The position numbers and the translations under genes are program-made. Shown here one piece after another: positions 1 to 12,729 of a DNA stretch of 64,000 bases. The DNA lies in the NCBI RefSeq assembly GCF_009914755.1, contig NC_060925.1; one strand, given 5' to 3'. The DNA is from the human T2T-CHM13v2.0 reference genome, Homo sapiens. The notes under the pieces were generated by a model. It searched no databases. It was not told the origin of the DNA and saw only the letters and a list, made by a program, of their open reading frames with translations. Within the stretch, counting starts at the first letter, position 1; each line of letters begins with the position of its first letter.

Positions 1-2352
1 CTGCATCCTCATTGATTAGTAACCTGACTTTTCAATCTTTAACTTTTTTTTTATACCTATCACTGAACAGGACTATTTGAACTATTAATATCTAGAATAA
101 TCGGTAACATAACCATAAACTCCTGTTCTTACCCTCACCAAGTTAAATGTTTTGACTGAATAAATAAAACCAATGACTTCAAAATGTAAAATGTAACCAC
201 AATTCCCTTCTGAAGAGAATTTTTTCCTTGAAGAGATTAGATTTTACTAGTATGAAAAACCTGTTATGTCTCTCATTTGATAAATGAAACCTTCAAACCA
301 TACAGAAAACATATTTTAATCAATCATCAAAAAAATTATAGATGTCTTGTTTAGGGGTATTTCCATTCAATGAATTATTCTAACAACAGAAGCTTAAATA
401 AGAAATTCAACTTCTGCTTTCCACAGCTCTATTTAATTCCCAAAATACATTATCCTAATTTGCTTCTGAACAGTCTGTCCTCATAAACTGAGTGTATGTT
501 TTTTTTCATTTAACAAGAACCTGAAGCTAGAAAGGAAATTGAATTCTAGAAGTGGGCAATTGATTTGACAGTATTTGCTTTTTCCAATATGAGTATGTCA
601 AGTTCAAATACTAAATGAGAAACTGAAAACATTAAATGTTAGGAAAAGGAAAATTTAATTTAGTTTCTGTGGTCTAATAAAAGATCTTAGTACAGAAGTA
701 AATTCATTTCCGTTCTTCTGAGATGAGAAAAAAACAGAGATAATGTACTTGCTTCTATAAAAAGTAAGAACCTCTACAACCTATGACTTGTAAATAATTT
801 AGGGGATTCAGCAAATTTTACTTGGCTCTACTTGGCCAAGGCAAGAAAAGCATCACCCAGCAGTACAAAGCTAAAAGACAAAAGAAAAGTCTAAAGAATA
901 GAGAAGCTGCCTCTTATATTCCTATACATCGGAATTATTAATTTTTTCCATCTCTAGGGAAATGGAAAATAGGAAAATAAATTTCATATTAGCATGAAAT
1001 TTCATATTAGCAAGAAATACTAATTTGAAAATAAATTTCATATTAGTCACTTAGTCACTTACCAAAGGGTTATATTACAAACATTAAAAATGTACATGTC
1101 TATTATAATTCTGTTTTTTTAACAACTTCATATTTATATATTATTTATTTTTTATATCCAAAACAACAGAAAAAGTTAAGCATGTCTAAAAAGGTGAAGA
1201 AGGCTGCAACATTATGAAATGTAGGTAAAGGTATGCAAAAATTGCTAACTAAAGGTAATTTCTGCATGTTCTAGAGAAACCAATTCTATATTTTCCTTCC
1301 TTAACCTACTCTACTATTTGAGTACTGTCCCTGAGAAATCTCCTTATATTTAAATTAAATCCTTCCTAAACCAGCCTAATTTTGCTATTACTGTTTTTCT
1401 TCAAAGTACACACAGAGAAAGTCTGATAATAATTTTAACAATATCACATGATAACATGGAATATTTTGGTTCCATAGTAAAGAAAAAATTGTAGATAGCA
1501 TATTTATCATTGTTTTATTTCATAGTTAGCATTCCTAAAACAAGGACAAACATCCAACTCAGACACAATCCAACACACAATAGACATTTGTTCGTTATTA
1601 AGTTCCTACTACAAATCATCTGTGTACCAATGCTGGGGATATAAGAAATATATTACTCATTCCCTGGCCTAAAGTGGTGTATAATTTAGTGCACAATATA
1701 GAGACATCAACAGACAAATGCAACACAAGGCTGATATTACCAAAAAAAAAACTGGAAACTAGGGAAAAAAGTTAGCCACATACATTGAAATGAAGGTTTC
1801 CGTGCAATTAATACAGATACAAGCCATTATTCTTTCACAGCTCCGTATTATACCACTGTGTCAATGTAGCATAACTTAATCAACCTTCTAGTATCAGGTA
1901 TTGTTTTTAACTTTTTTGCAGTTATAAGCACTTCCTTGTAACATGAAACTGTATACTGATTTTTTGACTTTACAAACTGTTTCCAACCTTGCTAAACAAC
2001 TTTACGAACCATTATTTTTTAAATGAGTAGAGAAAATGTGACTTCAAATATAAGGTAATCATCTATTTTTCCAAACAGAAGATCCAAAAATACAAAGTTT
2101 TTTGGGCAATCTGAATACTATACATTGCAAATGCAGGCACTTAGATGACATAATCAAATGCCTACATGTGACATTTAATTGTCACACATCATATAACATT
2201 AATTTAGAGATAAAAATGTTCAAAATCCCAATGACAGAAAATACACTGACTTAGAACTCTTGCTTTTATTCATTTTCGTTTTTCAGGAAACAAAACCCTT
2301 CCACATGCACCTTCAACATCAGCCTTTATTTTTTTAAAAAAAAGATATAACA

Positions 2353-2850
<498 letters not shown>

Positions 2851-4436
2851 GCCATCTTCCATCTACTTTTTCAGTCAACTGTTTTCCAGAGTACATCATC
2901 TTCAGTACCATCTCAGTTATTTGAGATAGTCTTTTGAATCTGGTATGATGCTGTCACTGGTCGTTTTGAGTCCACTCACAGTCTCTATTAGCATAACACG
3001 TTAAACAGCAATACAACGAGGTGCTGCTATGGAGATCAAAGCTATAGAGCTATACAGAAAATACCTTTGTCCCCTACAGAAAATAGTTTTTTCTTATGCC
3101 CAAAGTCTATTTACAAATATTAATTAGGTTACTACCCAGAAAGCAAACTTTGATACAACATCCCAAAAGCAGAAAACACAGGCACAGAAGGGACTACCTT
3201 AAAGTAATAAAAGCCATATATGACAAACCCACAGCCAACATCATATTGAATGGGAAAAGTTGAAAGGATTTCCCCTGAGAACTAGAACAAGGCAACTTTT
3301 ACCACTTCTATTCAACATAGTACTGGAAGTCCTCACAAGACTAATCAGACAAGAGAAAGAAATAAAGGCCATCCAAATTGGAAAAGAGGAAGTAAAAGTG
3401 TTGCTGTTCACTGATGATATGATCGTACAAAAAATCCTAAAGATGCATCCAAAAGGCCCCTGGATCTGATAAGTGAATTCAGTAAAGTCTACAGTTACCA
3501 AATCAATGTACACAAATCAGTAGCACTGCTATACACCAACAATGACCAAGCTGAGAACCAAATCAGCAACTCAATCACTTTTACAACAGCCGCAAAAAAA
3601 TAAAACACCTAGGAATATACTTAACCAAGAAGGCAGAAGATCTCTACAAGGAAAACTACAAAACGCTGCTGAAAGAAATCACAGATGACACAAACAAATG
3701 GAAACACATCCCATGCTCATGGACGGGAAGAATCGATATTGTGAAAATGATCATACTGCCCAAAGCAATCTACACATTCAATGCAATTTCCATCAAAATA
3801 CCATCATCATTTTTTCACAGAACTAGAAAAAAAATCCTAAAATTCATATGGAACAAAAAAAGAGCCCGCATAGCCAAAGCAAGACTAAGCAAAAAGAACA
3901 CATCTGGAGGTATCGCATTACAGGACTTCAAATTATACTACAGGGCTATAGTTACCCAAACAGCATGGTACTGATGTAAAAATAGGCACTTAGACCACTG
4001 GAACAGAATAAAGAACCCAGAAGTAAAGCCAAATATTTACTGCCAACTGATCTTTGGCAAAGCAGAATGACAATGGATCCCCATCTCTCATAAAAAATCA
4101 ACTCAAGATAGATGAAAGACTTAAATCTAAAACCTGAAACCATAAAAATCCTGGAAGATAACATTGGAAAAACTCTTCTGGATATTGGCTTAGGCAAAGT
4201 ATTCCTAAGACCCCAAAAGCAAGTGCAGCAAAAACAAAAATAAATAAATGGGATCTATTTAAATTAAAAAACTTCTGTACAGCAAAAGAAATAATCATCA
4301 GAGTAAACAGAAAACCCACAGAGTGGGAGAAAATATTCAAAAACCATGCATCTGTCAAAGGACTAGCATCCAGAATCTACAAGGAACTCAAACAAATCAG
4401 CAAGAAAAAAAAAAACTCATTAAAAAGTGGGCAAAG

Positions 4437-6211
4437 AGGAGGAGCCAAGATGGCCGAATAGGAACAGCTCCGGTCTACAGCTCCCAGCATGAGTGACACA
4501 GAAGACGGGTGATTTCTGCATTTCCATCTGAGGTACCGGGTTCATCTCACTAGGGAGTGCCAGACAGTGGGCGCAGGCCAGTGGGTGCGCGCACCATGCG
4601 CGAGCCGAAGCAGGGCGAGGCATTGCCTCACTTGGGAAGCGCAAGGGGTCAGGGAGGTCCCTTTGCGAGTCAAAGAAAGTGGTGACGGAAGCACCTGGAA
4701 AATCGGGTCACTCCCACCCGAATATTGCGCTTTTCAGACAGGCTTAAAAAACGGCGCACCACGAGATTATATCCCACACCTGGCTCGGAGGGTCCTACGC
4801 CCATGGAATCTCGCTGATTGCTAGCACAGCAGTCTGAGATCAAACTGCAAGGAGGCAGCGAGGCTGGGGGAGGGGCGCCCGCCATTGCCCAGGCTTGCTT
4901 AGGTAAACAAAGCAGCCGGGAAGCCCCAACTGGGTGGAGCCCACCACAGCTCAAGGAGGCCTGCCTGCCTCTGTAGGCTCCACCTCTGGGGGCAGGGCAC
5001 AGACAAACAAAAAGACAGCAGTAACCTCTGCAGACTTAAATGTCCCTGTCTGACAGCTTTGAAGAGAGCAGTGGTTCTCCCAGCAAGCAGCTGGAGATCT
5101 GAGAACAGGCAGACTGCCTCTTCAAGTGGGTCCCTGGCCCCTGACCCCCGAGCAGCCTAACTGGGAGGCACCCCCCAGCGGGGGCAGACTGACACCTCAC
5201 ACGGCAGGGTATTCCAACAGACCTGCAGCTGAGGGTCCTGTCTCTTAGAAGGAAAACTAACAAACAGAAAGGACATCCACACCGAAAATTTTCGCAACCT
5301 ACCCATCTGACAAAGGGCTAATATCCAGAATCTACAGTGAACTCAAACAAATTTACAAGAAAAAAACAAACAACCCCATCAAAAAGTGGGCGAAGGACAT
5401 GAACAGACACTTCTCAAAAGAAGACATCTATGCAGCCAAAAAACACATGAAAAAATGCTCATCATCACTGGCCGTCAGAGAAATGCAAATCAAAACCACA
5501 ATGAGATACCATTGCAGTTAGAACGGCAATCATTAAAAAGTCAGGAAACAACAGGTGCTGGAGAGGATGTGGAGAAATAGGACACTTTTACACTGTTGGT
5601 GGGACTGTAAACTAGTTCAACCATTGTGGAAGTCAGTGTGGCGATTCCTCAGGGATCTAGAACTAGAAATACCATTTGACCCAGCCATCCCATTACTGGG
5701 TATATACCCAAAGGACTATAAATCATGCTGCTATAAAGACACATGCACACGTATGTTTATTGTGGCATTATTCACAATAGCAAAGACTTGGAACCAACCC
5801 AAATGTCCAACAATGATAGACTGGATTAAGAAAATGTGGCACATATACACCATGGAATACTATGCAGCCATAAAAAATGATGAGTTCATGTCCTTTGTAG
5901 GGACATGGATGAAATTGGAAATCATCATTCTCAGTAAACTATCGCAAGAACAAAAAACCAAACACCGCATATTCTCACTCATAGGTGGGAATTGAACAAT
6001 GAGATCACATGGACACAGGAAGGGGAATATCACACTCTGAGGACTGTCGTGGGGTGGGGGGAGGGGGGAGGGATAGCATTGGGAGATATACCTAATGCTA
6101 GATGACGAGTTAGTGGGTGCAGCGCACCAGCATGGCACATGTATACATATGTAACTAACCTGCACGATGTGCACATGTATAATAAAAAATAAATAAATAA
6201 AAAGAAGAAAA
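4437..6211 (+). mobile_element. Young LINE-1 (L1PA2 or late L1PA3 type), internally deleted: 5'UTR joined to the ORF2 3' end and 3'UTR
   Basis: Starts GAGGAGCCAAGATGGCCG (YY1 site 4446-4456) with a CpG-rich 5'UTR. Junction at GAAAA 5284-5288 leads straight into ORF2 C-terminal sequence (...FSLIGGN stop 5995). GAG at 6107-6109, not the ACA/ACG of L1HS. Poly-A tail. Perfect 15-bp TSD AAAAAGTGGGCAAAG at 4422-4436 and 6212-6226. Confidence 0.93.
4670..4885 (-). CDS. ORF0: LINE-1 antisense ORF0 (71 aa), open reading frame intact
   Basis: MAGAPPPASLPPCSLISDCCASNQRDSMGVGPSEPGVGYNLVVRRFLSLSEKRNIRVGVTRFSRCFRHHFL, ATG at 4885, inside the ORF-track entry 4670-4954. Matches primate L1 ORF0 as I recall it. 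Expression cannot be shown from sequence. Confidence 0.8.
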   Translation of the reverse strand: MAGAPPPASLPPCSLISDCCASNQRDSMGVGPSEPGVGYNLVVRRFLSLSEKRNIRVGVTRFSRCFRHHFL

Positions 6212-7429
6212 AAAAAGTGGGCAAAGCACATGAACAGATATTTCTCTAAAGAAGATATACAAACAGCCAACAAATACATAAAAATTGCTCAACATCACTA
6301 ATAATGAGGGAAATGCAAATTAAAACCACAAAAAAATACCACCTCACTACTGCAAGAATGATCATGATTAAAAAGTCAAAAAACAATAGATGTTGGCATG
6401 GATGTGTTGAAAAAGGGACACTCTTACACTGCTGGTGGGAATGTAAATTAGTACAACCTCTATGGAAAACTGTATGAAGAGTCCTCAAAGAACTAAAAGT
6501 AGATCTACCAGGTGATCCAGCAGTCCCACTACTGGGTATCTCCCAAAGGAAAAGAAGTCATTTTATGAAAAAGACACATGCACACACGTTTATAGCAGCA
6601 CAATTCACAACTACAAAGATATGGAACCAACCTAAGTGCCCATCAACCAACAAGTGTATAAAGAAAATGTGGTATATATACACCACAGAATATCACTCAG
6701 CTATATTAAGGAATGAAATAATGTCTTTTGCAGCACCTTGGATGGAGCTGGAGGCCAGTTTTCTAAGTGAAGTAACTCAGGAATGGAAAAGCAAAAACCG
6801 TATGTCCTCCCTTGTAAGTGGAAGCTAAGGACAAAAAGACATACAGAGTGATATAATGAACTCTGAGGACTCGATGAGGGGAGGTTGGGAGGGAGATGAA
6901 GGATAAAAGACTACATATTGGGTACAGTGTACACTGCTCAGGTGATGGGTGCACTAAAAATCTCAGAATTCACCACTAAAGAACTCATCTGTGTAACAAA
7001 AAATTCACCTGTACCCCCAAACTGTTGAAATTTTAAGAAGCAGAAAACATACAGACTATACTCCCCAATAACAATAGAGCAAAACAGCAATCAGCAATAA
7101 AAAGATAACTAAATGAAAAAATTTTAAAAAGAACCACTTGGAAATTTTTTTAGTATTACTTTTCTACAGATCTTAGACAAATGAAAAAAATGAATAAAGA
7201 TGAAAATAGAAATTAATTAGAAACTTTGAAAAATTAGACTTGATAAAGAGAAGTAAATGTAAACAAAAACCAATAAAATAATAAATTTTAAATAAAAATA
7301 TTATGAGATCCAGGTCACAACCATAAATTTAATAAAGTAACTAGACACTCAGATATATATTGAAGTGTAAGATTTATATGAGAAGCAAAAAACTTTGCTA
7401 AAAGATGCAAAAAAAATGAATAAAACTAT

Positions 7430-7775
7430 CTAGATAAATACTGTATGATCTCACTTATAAGTGGAATCTAAAAAAGTCAAACTACTAGAAGCAGAGAGTA
7501 GAAATAAGATGTCAGTCAAAGGGTAAAAGTTTTCAGTTACAAGATGAAGTTATGAGGACCTAATGTACAGCATGGTAAATATGGCTGATAATACTGTACT
7601 GTGTACTTGAAATTAGCTAAGGGAGTAGATCTTAAGTGTTCTCCCAACCAAAAGAAAAAAAAATTAACTATGTAAGGTGATTGTAACAATCATTTCATAA
7701 CGTATATCAAATCATCATGTTGCACACCTTAAATATGTACCATTTTTATTTGTTGATTATACTTCAATAAAGCTA
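7430..7775 (+). mobile_element. Old L1M 3' end fragment
   Basis: TGATCTCACTTATAAGTGGAATCTAAAAAAGTCAAACT...CTTCAATAAAGCT, typical of an L1MA/MB 3'UTR. Confidence 0.7.
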
Positions 7776-7979
7776 GGGGTAGGGGTAGGGGTTGGGGAAA
7801 TAGACCTAGAGTTTGGGAAAATGTCAATCGTTCCCAAATTAATATATAAACTTAAAACAATTCTCATTAAAATCCCAGTATAAATTTGGTTTGGTTTTTT
7901 TTTTTTGGATAATTCTAAAGTTCAATGGGAAGAAAAATGTATAAGAATAACCCTAAGACTTTTTTTGAAAGAAAAGTAG

Positions 7980-10273
7980 TGATATGGCTTGTGTCCCCAC
8001 CCAAATCTCATCTTGAATCGTAGTTCCCATAATCCCCATGTGCCATGGGAGAGACCCAGTGGGAGGTAATTGAATCATGGGGGAGGTTCTCATCATAGTG
8101 AGTTCTCACGAGATCTGATGGTTTTGTAAAGGGCTTTCCCCCACTTTGCTCTCACTCATTCTCCTTCCTGCCACCATGTGAAGAAGGACATGTTTGCTTC
8201 CCCTTCTGCCATGACTGTAATTTCCTGAGGCCTCCCCAGCCAGGCTCAACTGAGTCAGTTAAACTTCTTTCCTTTATAAATTATCCAGTCTCAGGTATGT
8301 CCTGATGGCAGCATGAGAACAAACTAATACAGTAAATTGGTACTGGAAGTGGGGTGCTGCCATAAGGATACCTGAAAATGTGGAAGCAACTTTGGAACTG
8401 GTTAACAGGCAGAGGTTAGAACAGTTTAGAGGGCTCAGAAGAAGACAGGAAAATGTCGGAAAGTTTGGAACTTTCTAGAGACTTGGGGGCTCAGAAGACA
8501 GGAAGAGGTGGGAAAGTTTGGAACTCCCTAAAGACTTGTTGAATGGCTTTTACCAAAATGGTGACAGTGATAAGGACAATGAAGTCCAAGCTGAGGTGTT
8601 CTCGGAAGGAGATGACAAACTTCTTGGGAACTGGAGAAAAGGTCACTCTTGTTATACTTTAGCAAAAAGACTGGCAGCATTTTGCCCCTGCCCTAGAGGT
8701 TGGTGGAATTTTAAACTTGAGAAAGATAGTTTGGAATGGGAACTTGTGTTTAAAAGGGAAGCAGAGCATAAAAGTTTGAAAAATTTGTAGCCCGACAATA
8801 CAATAGAAAAGAAAAACCCATTCCTGAGGAGAAATTCAAGCAGGCTGCAGAAATTTGCATAAGTAATGAGGATCCAAATGTTAATCACCAAGACAATGGG
8901 GAAAATGTCACCAGTGCATGTCAGAGATCTTCATGGCAGCCTCTCCCATCACAGGCCCGGAGGCCTAGGAGGAAATAATGGTTTTGTGGGCCCAGGGCCT
9001 TGCAGCTTTGTGCAGTCTTGGGACTTGATGCTCTGTGTCCCAGCCATGGCTAAAAGGGGTCAACATATAGCTTAGGCCATTGCTTCAGAGGGTGCAAGCC
9101 CCAAGCCTTGGTGGCTTACATGTGATGTTGGGCCTGTGGGTGCATAGAAATCAAGAACTGAGGTTGAGGAACCTCTGCCTAGATTTCTGAGGATGTATGG
9201 AGATGCCTGGATGTCCAAGCAGAAGTTTGCTGCAGGGGCAGAACCCTAATGGAGAACCTTTGCTAGGGCAGTGTGGAAGGGAAATGTGGGGTACAAGCCC
9301 CCACACAGAGTCCCCACTAGGGCACTGTGGAGCTGTGAGAAGAGGGCCATTGTTCTCCTGAACCCAGAATAGTACATCCACCGACAGCTTGCACCATGCA
9401 CCGGGAAAAGCCACAGACACTCAACATCAGCCATGAAGGAGGCCTGGAGGAAGGCTGTACCCTGCAAAGCCACAGGGGGGGAGCTGCTCAAGGCTCTGGG
9501 AGCTCACCTCTTGCATGAGTGTGACATGGACGTGAGACATGGAGTCAAAAGAGATCATTTTGGAACTTTAAGGTTTAATGACTGCCCCCATTGAGTTTTG
9601 GACTTACAGGGGGCCTGTAGCCCCTTTGTTTTGGTCAATTTCTCCCATTTGGAAAAGGTGTATTTACCCCATGCCTGTACTCACATTGTATATAGGAAGT
9701 AACTAACTTGCTTTTGATTCTACAGGCTCATAGGTGGAAGGGACTTGCCTTGTCTGAGATGATACTTTGGACTTGAACATTTGAGTTAATGCTAAAATAA
9801 GTTAAGACTCTGGGGGACTGTTGGAAGGACATGATTGTATTTTGAAATGTGAGGACATGAGATTTGGGAGGAGACAGGTAAAATGATATGGTTTGGCCAT
9901 GTCCCCACCGAAATCTCATCTTGAATTGTACTTCAGATAATCCCCATGTGTTGTGGGAGGGACCTGGTGGTAGGTAATTGAATCATGGGGGTGGTTCATG
10001 ATAGTGATAGTGCTGTTCTCATGCTGTTCTCATGATAGTGAGTTCTCACAAGAACTGATGGTTTTATAAGGGGCTCTCCCCCAACTTTGCTCTCACTCAT
10101 TCTCCTTCTTGCCACTATGTGAAGAAGAATGTGTTTGCTTCCCCTTCCTCCACCACTGTGTTTCCTGAGGCCTCCTCAGGCATGCTGAAGAGTGAGTCAA
10201 TTAAACCTCTTTTTTTAATAAATTACCAGTCTCAGGTTATTTCCTTACAGCAGTGTGAGAATGGAGTAATACA
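7980..10273 (+). mobile_element. Full-length THE1 (MaLR) LTR element: LTR 7980-8331, internal 8332-9883, LTR 9884-10273
   Basis: Two homologous LTRs starting TGATATGG and ending TAATACA. Internal region typical of THE1-int. 5-bp TSD AGTAG/AGTAC. Confidence 0.92.
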
Positions 10274-11150
10274 AGTACTTTGGCAGAAACTGTCTCTACT
10301 AAGCATTAAAATGGACAGAAATTGACAAATAAGTCAGTGAAACAGAAGAAAAGCCATAAAAGGAGGCAAGTATTTCTGACTAGTTAACATGGTAAAAACA
10401 GCATCTCGAATTAGTAGGAAGTTGATGAATTAGTTAATAAATTGTGTTAAAACAATTGCATATCCATTTGCAATAAAATAAGGATAGGTTTCCACCTTAG
10501 ATTTCACACTTACACACATGCACACAAATGTGATATTTAGATTAAGATATTTAGATTTAGATTAAAATCTAGTAGAATGTTTTACAAGCTTAAGATTGGA
10601 AAGATCTTTCAAAGGAGAATATGAAACAGAAGCTAAAAAGGCAAAGGTTAAGAGATATGATTATATAAATATTTGCAAAATATAAACACAGGATATGATA
10701 AACTTTTGTAAAACAATAGAAAAAGTTTAAAGATACAATTAAAAAGTCAGCAAAAATTGTGAATAGTTAATTTACAAAGCAAGCTCTACTTGACTGATAC
10801 ACATTGAAAATGCTCAACTTTTCTCAATTTTAAGAGGTATGAATTAAAGCCATGATATACCATTTTTCATTTATCAGAAGAACAAAAGTCAAAGACACTG
10901 ATCATATTATGATAATAAGTGTATGTGTAGATAGGCACTGATTATCATAGATAGGACTGAACCTGAAAACCAATTTTTAGAGTAATTTGGCAATTGTGAC
11001 CCACATGTATAAGGATGCTTAGTGGAGCACTGTTCTTACAGCAAAAATATCAGAAATAACCTTAAAAATGTTCACTGATCAGGCAATTATTAAATAGAGC
11101 CTAGTGGAGTCTTCAGTGTAATATTATGTAACCATTAAGAACATGCTATA

Positions 11151-11450
11151 GACTGGGTGCGGTGGCTCATGCCTGTAATCCCAGCACGGAAAGCCGAGGT
11201 GGTGGGATTGCTTGAGCCCACAAATTCGAGACCAGCCTAGGCAACATAGTGAGATCCCCATCTCTACAAAGAAATAGAAAAAGTAGCTGGACATGGTGGC
11301 ACATGTCTGTAGTCCCAGTTATTTGGGGAGGCTAAGGCAGCAGCAGGATCAATTGAGCCCAGATGGTGGAGGCAGCAGTGAGCCATGATGGCACAGCCTA
11401 GGTGATAGGCTGAGACCCTCTCTCAAAAAAAGAAAAAAAAAAAAAAAAAA
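11151..11450 (+). mobile_element. Alu (old, AluJ-like)
   Basis: Degenerate Alu dimer with TTGAGCCCA and an A tail. Confidence 0.85.
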
Positions 11451-12729
11451 GAGAAAATGAAGAAAAAAAACAAGCTAGAGCTATATATACCTGAAAACTA
11501 TAAATGACTTGGAAAGATATAGATATTATATAATATATAATTAAACTACAAAGGTTGCAGATATGCATTTTATAAAAATGAGATCACAATATAAAATTAC
11601 AAATAAATAAAATTCCCAATTAGCTTGTGTGTATGTGTGTGTTGACTGAGCACAGAAAGTCTGAAAGAAGTCTCAGACCTGAAATGGACGATTAGAAGCA
11701 GCTGTGGTCTGTGGAGCTTATGGAGAGAAATGAAAAGGGGCAAGTGAATTCAGAACCTTCAACTGAGATACCCAGGTTCTTGCACTGGGACTGACTGGAC
11801 AAACAGCTTGACCCAAAGAGAACGAAGAAAAGTACGAGGGAGTGGAGGGGGCGACGGCCCACCTGGAAGGGGCACGGAGCCAAAGAAACCGTCACCTCCC
11901 GCCAAGAGAAGCAGTGAGTAATTGTGCTACCCTACCTGGGAAACCACACTTCTCCCATGGATCTTTGCATAGATCTTTCCATGGATCAGGAGATCTCCTC
12001 ATGAGCCCACACCACCAGGGCCTTGGGTCTGATACACAGAGCTGTGTAGAGTCTCGGCAGAGCAGCCACTCAGGCACACACAGAGAACCATGAGTTTTAC
12101 ATACTACAGCTGGGATCGCTGGCAAGGCAGGAAATCTGTCTGTATATATCCCTAAGAAGGGGGCTGATTCCAGGGAGCCAAGCAGCATTGTTTTGTGGGC
12201 CCCACTTCCACGGCACCTCACAAGTTAAGACCCACTGGCTTGGAATCCCAGCCAGCCAATGGTGGCAGATTGGAATCTCCCTGAGATGGGTCCAAGTTCC
12301 CAGGGGCGGAGGGGTGGCTACCATCTTTGTGGTTCGGTAGACTCAGGCACTCCAGCCTGCTGGCTGTGGAGAATAGACAGTTTACGAGGAAGGTTCCCCA
12401 ACAATGAAGAACAGCTGCCTTGTCAGATTGTGACCAGACTGCTTCTTGGGGTGGGACCCTGATACCATTCCTCCTCACTGGGTGGGACCTCCCAACAGGG
12501 GTCTCCAGCCACCTCCTACAGGTACATGTGGGCCAGCAACAGGTCAGTACTCCACCAGAATGCAGCTTCCAGAGGAAGGGGCTGGCTGCCATCTTTGCTG
12601 TTTTGTGGCCTTCACTGGTGATACCTCCAGGTACAGGAGAAACTGAGGCAACTGGGGTCTGGAGCAGATCCCCAGTAAACTGCAGCAACCCTATGGTAGA
12701 GTGGCCAGACTGTTAAAAGAAAACCAGAA

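Larger units (their letters stand above)
3181..7037 (+). mobile_element. 5'-truncated older LINE-1 (L1PB-like), split by the young L1 at 4437-6211
   Basis: Decayed ORF2 RT/C-terminal fragments ([19 protein letters not shown]; [20 protein letters not shown]). L1PB-type 3'UTR (AAAAGACTACATATTGGGTACAGTGTACACTGCTC). Probable TSD AAGCAGAAAACA at 3167-3178 and 7038-7049. Confidence 0.85.

Noticed and set aside
5280-5292. Internally deleted L1 as a spliced, retrotransposed L1 (SpIRE)
   Set aside because: By recalled consensus the removed segment would begin within GAAAA/CCCATC, not GT, in any register. The junction fits microhomology rather than GT-AG splicing.
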